From: Opitutaceae bacterium
GTDB taxonomy: Bacteria > Verrucomicrobiota > Verrucomicrobiia > Opitutales > Opitutaceae
DNA: 64,000 bases
Assembly: GCA_044226505.1 (NCBI GenBank)
Contig: JBGAGU010000002.1
Coordinates: forward strand, 686,559 to 750,558
Reading direction: 5' to 3'
Both the position numbers and the translations under genes were made by a program. Below, piece after piece: positions 60,349 to 64,000 of the stretch. The stretch's first letter is position 1, and every line of letters begins with the position of its first letter. The notes beneath the pieces are model-generated. The model searched no databases and had not been told where the DNA came from. It was given only the letters and a program-made list of their open reading frames with translations.

Positions 60349-61341
60349 ATGCCGAACGCCGATACCGCCCAACCCGAGGCATCGCCCCGAAGGACGGCCG
60401 CACCTGCACTTGAGTTCGAAGGGCGGCGCATCGTCTGTTCCGCCGGGCGGCTTCGGATCGCGTCCATCTTTGACGAGGTCTGGCTCGATCTCCCGCCACT
60501 CGCCAACCCCTTTGCGCTGCTCGACGCGGTCGAGCGCTCGGCGATCCAGGCCGATCTCTTTACCTTTGCCCAGTCGCTCCCCGAAGTCGCGGTGGCCTAT
60601 CCGGATCTTCACGTCGACCACGACAACCTCGCCGTCGGCGACACCTCGAACTTCAAGGCTTGGTGGGAAGGGCTGCCGCAGGAATCGCGGAAAAACTGCC
60701 GCAAAGCCCAAAAACGCGGCGTGACCGTGCGCCGCGCGGAGTTCGACGACGCGCTCGTCGCCGGCATCAAGGCGATCTACGACGAGACGCCGATTCGCCA
60801 AGGCCGGCGTTTTCCCCACTACGGCAAGGATCTCGCGACGGTGCGCGCCGAGAACGCGAGCTACGCGGAGCGCAGCCGGTTCATCGGCGCGTTTCTCGGG
60901 ACGCAGCTGATCGGCTTCATCAAGATGGTCTACTGCGGCCGAACCGCCCGCATCATGCAGATCATCGCGCGCAACGACCACTATGAGAAGCATCCCACGA
61001 ACGCGCTGCTGGCGGCCGCGATGGAGCAATGCTCAAAAGACTCCATCGATCGGCTGATCTACGGGCAGTATGTCTATGGCCGGAAGCGCAACAGCAGCGT
61101 GACGGAGTTCAAGCGCCGCAACGGTTTCATCGAGGTGCTCTTGCCGCGCTACTACATTCCCCTCACCGCCAAGGGTCGCCTTGCCCTGGCCACCGGGCTG
61201 CACCGTGGCCTGGCCGCCAACCTGCCCGAGCCTGTGACGAACTTCCTGCTGGACTCACGCGCCTTCGTTTACGACAAGTTCGGCCCGAAATTTTCGGGCG
61301 GGCGCGCCCCTTCATCCGCATCGCAGCGGGCCGCCTCATGA
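60349..61341 (+). CDS. Second FemAB-like / GNAT (PF13480-type) protein
   Basis: ORF 60331..61341 (TTG start); ATG 60349 preferred. Shows FKAWWEGLPQESRKNCRKAQKRGVTVR, IYDETPIRQGRRFPHYG, FIGAFLGTQLIGFIKMVYCGRTARIMQI and SVTEFKRRNGF. Confidence 0.65.
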   Translation: MPNADTAQPEASPRRTAAPALEFEGRRIVCSAGRLRIASIFDEVWLDLPPLANPFALLDAVERSAIQADLFTFAQSLPEVAVAYPDLHVDHDNLAVGDTSNFKAWWEGLPQESRKNCRKAQKRGVTVRRAEFDDALVAGIKAIYDETPIRQGRRFPHYGKDLATVRAENASYAERSRFIGAFLGTQLIGFIKMVYCGRTARIMQIIARNDHYEKHPTNALLAAAMEQCSKDSIDRLIYGQYVYGRKRNSSVTEFKRRNGFIEVLLPRYYIPLTAKGRLALATGLHRGLAANLPEPVTNFLLDSRAFVYDKFGPKFSGGRAPSSASQRAAS

Positions 61342-61350
61342 AATTCTTTC

Positions 61351-61425
61351 GCCGGTGTAGCTCAACGTTAGAGTGGCCGAATTGTATTCGGCAGATGGAG
61401 TGTTCGATTCCTCCCGCCGGCTCCA
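61351..61425 (+). tRNA. Non-canonical tRNA-Thr(UGU)-like gene (bulged T-stem, D-loop without GG), CCA encoded; possibly a specialised tRNA or a tRNA pseudogene
   Basis: Hand-folded sequence GCCGGTG-TA-GCTC-AACGTTA-GAGT-G-GCCGA-ATTGTAT-TCGGC-AGAT-GGAG(T)G-TTCGATT-CCTCC-CGCCGGC-T-CCA. The anticodon stem is a perfect 5 bp with U33 and A37. U8, A14, A21, the T54-A58 loop and C61 are canonical. An extra U is bulged in the T-stem, and the 7-nt D-loop lacks G18G19. It is followed by T6. Confidence 0.6.
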
Positions 61426-61476
61426 TTTTTTCCCCCACCGCTGCCGCCGCAGTGTGATGGCACGGCCGATGTCCCC

Positions 61477-63300
61477 ATGCCCGGCTTCGCAGGCATCCTC
61501 GGCTCCCGCACCCAGAATCCAGCTTCTCGCATCGAGGCCGGAGCGATGGCACAGGCATTGGCCGACGGAACCGAGGGACCCTCGGCCACCGGGAGCTTTT
61601 CCATCGATCGCGAGCAGGCGACGCTGACGTGGGTGCGACGGGTCACCGATCAGGAAAGCACCGCGTGGAATCGAACCCGGGACATCCTGCTCATATTCAA
61701 CGGCCGTGATTTCGACTTGCCGGAGAAGGCCAAGGCCCTCTGCGCCCGCGGCCGCTCCTGCACCACCGACGCCGAGGTTCTCGTGCACTGTTATGAGGAG
61801 GAAGGAGATTCCTTTGTCTCGCGTCTCAACGGTCGATTCACCGGCGTGATTGTCGACCAGCGCGCCGGCAAGGTCCTTTTGTTCAACGATCGTTTTGGCG
61901 CCGGGCGGGTGTATGTCCACGCCGCATCCGACGGGATCCGGTTTGCCACCGAAGCCAAGGCGCTCCTCGCCGCTTACCCGAGCCTGCGCCGCGTCGATCC
62001 CCGCGGACTGGGGGAGTTTTTCTCCGTAGGCTGCGTGCTGCAGGATCGCACGCTTTTTCCCGACATCGCTTTGTTGCCGGCCGGATCGCTCTGGACGCTC
62101 CATGCCGATGGGCGCGCCGAGCGCCGCCGGTATTTCTCACCCGAGGCATGGGAACAGCAAACCCCGCTCGAGCCGGAGGACTTCGGCACGCAGCTCACCG
62201 AGCTCTTCGCGCGCCTGGTGCCGCGTTACCATCGCGAGGCCGGGCAGGTCGCGATGTCGATGACCGGGGGCCTCGACAGTCGCATGATTCTTGCCTGGGC
62301 CAGGGCCCGGCCCGGCGAGTTGCCGTGCTACACCTTTGGCGGCCCCTACCGCGATTGCGCCGACGTTCAGCTGGCCCGCCGCCTCGCCAAACTCGCGGCG
62401 CAGCCGCACCATACCATACCGATTGGCCCGGACTTTTTCGCCCAGTTTGCTTCCCTCGCGGCGCGCACCGTGCAGTTGAGCGACGGAACGATGGATGTCT
62501 CCGGCGCGGTTGAACTCTACGCCAACCGCCTCGCCCGGCAAATTGCCCCGGTGCGCCTGACCGGCAACTACGGCTCGGAGATCCTGCGGGCCAATGTTGC
62601 CTTTCGGCCTCGCGCCCTCGACCGCGCGTTGTTCGCTCCGGAATTCCTCCCGCAGCTCGACGCGGCGGCGGAAACCTACCGCGCCGAGGCCGCGGGCCAC
62701 CGTCTGTCATTCATCGCGTTCAAGCAGGTGCCGTGGCACCACCACGCGCGCCTCTCGATCGAGGCCGCGGTGCTGGAGCCGCGCTCGCCGTTCCTCGACA
62801 ACGCGCTTGTGGCGCTGGCCTATCGCACGCCGCCGGCCCTGGCGCGCAGCCCCGTGCCCGCATTGCGCACGACTGCGGCCGGCAATCCCGCCTTCGCGTC
62901 CGTCCCCACCGATCGCGCCCTGCGGCTCGGTCGCTCGCCGGCGCTCGCACACCGCTGGCAGGAGTTCACCGCCAAAGCCGAATACGCGTGGGATTACGGC
63001 ATGCCCCCGTGGCTCGTGCGCGCCGATCGTCTGCTGCGCCCGCTGCGGCCGGAGCGGCTCTTTCTCGGCCGACACAAGTTCTATCATTTTCGCACCTGGT
63101 ATCGCGACCAACTCGGCCCCGAAATCGCCAGCCGGCCCTTTGGGCTTTCGCGCCTTCCCGCGTGCTACGCCGCCGGCGTCCCGCGAATGATTGCACGGGA
63201 CCACGCGGCCGGCCGGAAAAACTTCACGCTCGATCTGCACCGCCTGCTCACGCTGGACTGCCTTGATAAGTTCCTCGCCGAACCGCCATGCCGCAACTGA
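61477..63300 (+). CDS. Asparagine synthetase (AsnB)-family amidoligase lacking the N-terminal catalytic cysteine
   Basis: The N-terminus is MPGFAGILG, versus the canonical MCGIAG. Ntn-like domain (DAEVLVHCYEEEG, RLNGRFTGVIVD) and a synthetase-domain PP-loop (AMSMTGGLDSRMILAW). Confidence 0.85.
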   Translation: MPGFAGILGSRTQNPASRIEAGAMAQALADGTEGPSATGSFSIDREQATLTWVRRVTDQESTAWNRTRDILLIFNGRDFDLPEKAKALCARGRSCTTDAEVLVHCYEEEGDSFVSRLNGRFTGVIVDQRAGKVLLFNDRFGAGRVYVHAASDGIRFATEAKALLAAYPSLRRVDPRGLGEFFSVGCVLQDRTLFPDIALLPAGSLWTLHADGRAERRRYFSPEAWEQQTPLEPEDFGTQLTELFARLVPRYHREAGQVAMSMTGGLDSRMILAWARARPGELPCYTFGGPYRDCADVQLARRLAKLAAQPHHTIPIGPDFFAQFASLAARTVQLSDGTMDVSGAVELYANRLARQIAPVRLTGNYGSEILRANVAFRPRALDRALFAPEFLPQLDAAAETYRAEAAGHRLSFIAFKQVPWHHHARLSIEAAVLEPRSPFLDNALVALAYRTPPALARSPVPALRTTAAGNPAFASVPTDRALRLGRSPALAHRWQEFTAKAEYAWDYGMPPWLVRADRLLRPLRPERLFLGRHKFYHFRTWYRDQLGPEIASRPFGLSRLPACYAAGVPRMIARDHAAGRKNFTLDLHRLLTLDCLDKFLAEPPCRN

Positions 63301-64000
63301 TCCAATTCGGTTTCCTGCTGTTCGCCGCGTGGCTCATCCGGCGCGACATTGCGATGCGCCCTGGCCTTTCCCGGGCCATCTGGATTCCCACCATCTGGGT
63401 TTTCATCATAGCCTCGCGCCCGCTCTCCGCTTGGATCGGTTTCGGCGGCGCGACGGACACGCTCGACGGGAGCCCGATGGACCGGCTGTTCTACATGGTC
63501 ATGATCGCCGCCGCGCTGGTCGCGCTTTCCAAGCGCAACCTAAACTGGGGCTGGCTGATCGGCCGCAACTGGCCCGTCCTGCTCTTCTACGCCTTCCTCC
63601 TGTTTAGCGTCCTATGGGCCAACTCGCTTGAGTCGTCCTTCAAGCGCTGGGTCAAGGAAGCCGGCAACATCTTCATCGCCCTCGTGATCTTGTCGGAGGT
63701 CGATCCGCTTCAGGCCATCCGCGCGGTCTTCGTTCGCTGCGCGATCGTGCTCGTCCCCCTGTCCGAGATTTACATCCGGTATTTCCCGGACATCGGCCGC
63801 CGCTACAACATGCACTCCGGCGAAATGGAGGCGACGGGCGTCACCACGCAGAAAAACAATCTCGGCACCATGCTCATGGTCTGCGGCATCATCTTTGTCT
63901 GGGATTGGCTCGAGCGCACCCGCTCCACCGCCACTGGCCGCACGTGGATCGATCGGGCCGTCGCCGTCGGCATCGCCAGCCTCACGATCTATTTGTTTTT
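63288..64000 (+). CDS. O-antigen ligase / Wzy-like polysaccharide polymerase membrane protein (partial, continues beyond the window)
   Basis: Own translation from ATG 63288: MPQLIQFGFLLFAAWLIRRDI...IWIPTIWVFIIASRPLSAWIGF...VLLFYAFLLFSVLWANS...TGVTTQKNNLGTMLMVCGIIFVW. It has multiple hydrophobic helices, no stop before 64000, and overlaps the asnB-like stop by 13 nt. Confidence 0.65.
   Translation, partial: MPQLIQFGFLLFAAWLIRRDIAMRPGLSRAIWIPTIWVFIIASRPLSAWIGFGGATDTLDGSPMDRLFYMVMIAAALVALSKRNLNWGWLIGRNWPVLLFYAFLLFSVLWANSLESSFKRWVKEAGNIFIALVILSEVDPLQAIRAVFVRCAIVLVPLSEIYIRYFPDIGRRYNMHSGEMEATGVTTQKNNLGTMLMVCGIIFVWDWLERTRSTATGRTWIDRAVAVGIASLTIYLF

Noticed and set aside
61336-62103. A 255-aa minus-strand ORF overlapping the tRNA-like gene and the asnB-like 5' region.
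   Set aside because: It is antisense to a well-supported AsnB-family ORF, has no recognisable domain, and would run through the tRNA-like sequence.

Overview
High-GC (roughly 65-70% by eye) bacterial chromosomal window. The gene content suggests a Verrucomicrobiota/Opitutae-like organism: DUF1501/DUF1553 and DUF1552/DUF1592 gene pairs, VPDSG-CTERM and PEP-CTERM sorting signals, and many CAZymes. This taxonomic call is an inference. Layout by coordinate: (1) 1-8.8 kb, housekeeping genes: moxR-like, MTAP-like, CE7 esterase, then a uppS-cdsA-dxr-rseP-ispG envelope/isoprenoid operon. (2) 8.8-12.2 kb, dnaA preceded by a roughly 0.5 kb non-coding region with DnaA-box-like sites. dnaA is followed by two unknown genes, not dnaN. 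(3) 12.3-16 kb, a decayed receiver-domain ORF, a 139-nt structured inverted-repeat element, ligA, and an AT-richer non-coding island. (4) 16-19.8 kb, a TPR/PMT-like membrane protein, VanZ, tRNA-Pro and a TIM-barrel isomerase. (5) 19.9-28.8 kb, a pectin/uronate-degrading CAZyme cluster: a 1500-aa Ig-repeat pectinesterase, GH28, CE8 and CE15. (6) 28.8-42.5 kb, two planctomycete-type gene pairs flanking a histidine kinase, an NtrC-type sigma-54 activator and a sulfatase. (7) 42.5-46.7 kb, a sugar/sugar-acid catabolic cluster with an embedded tRNA-Leu. (8) 47.9-64 kb, a lower-GC exopolysaccharide locus. The EPS locus begins with PEP-CTERM and VPDSG-CTERM cargo genes, divergent sigma-54-like promoters and a priming sugar transferase. 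It continues with a Wzz/kinase fusion, glycosyltransferases, two FemAB-like (PF13480-type) proteins, an AsnB-like enzyme lacking its N-terminal Cys, and a Wzy-like polymerase. The most interesting item is a non-canonical tRNA-Thr(UGU)-like gene at 61351-61425. It lies 10 nt after the second FemAB-like gene and 51 nt before the AsnB-like gene. I propose this as a candidate tRNA-dependent amino-acid decoration module for a polysaccharide. I saw no rRNA, CRISPR array, transposase or integrase. All calls come from reading the ORF track and raw sequence; no searches were run.
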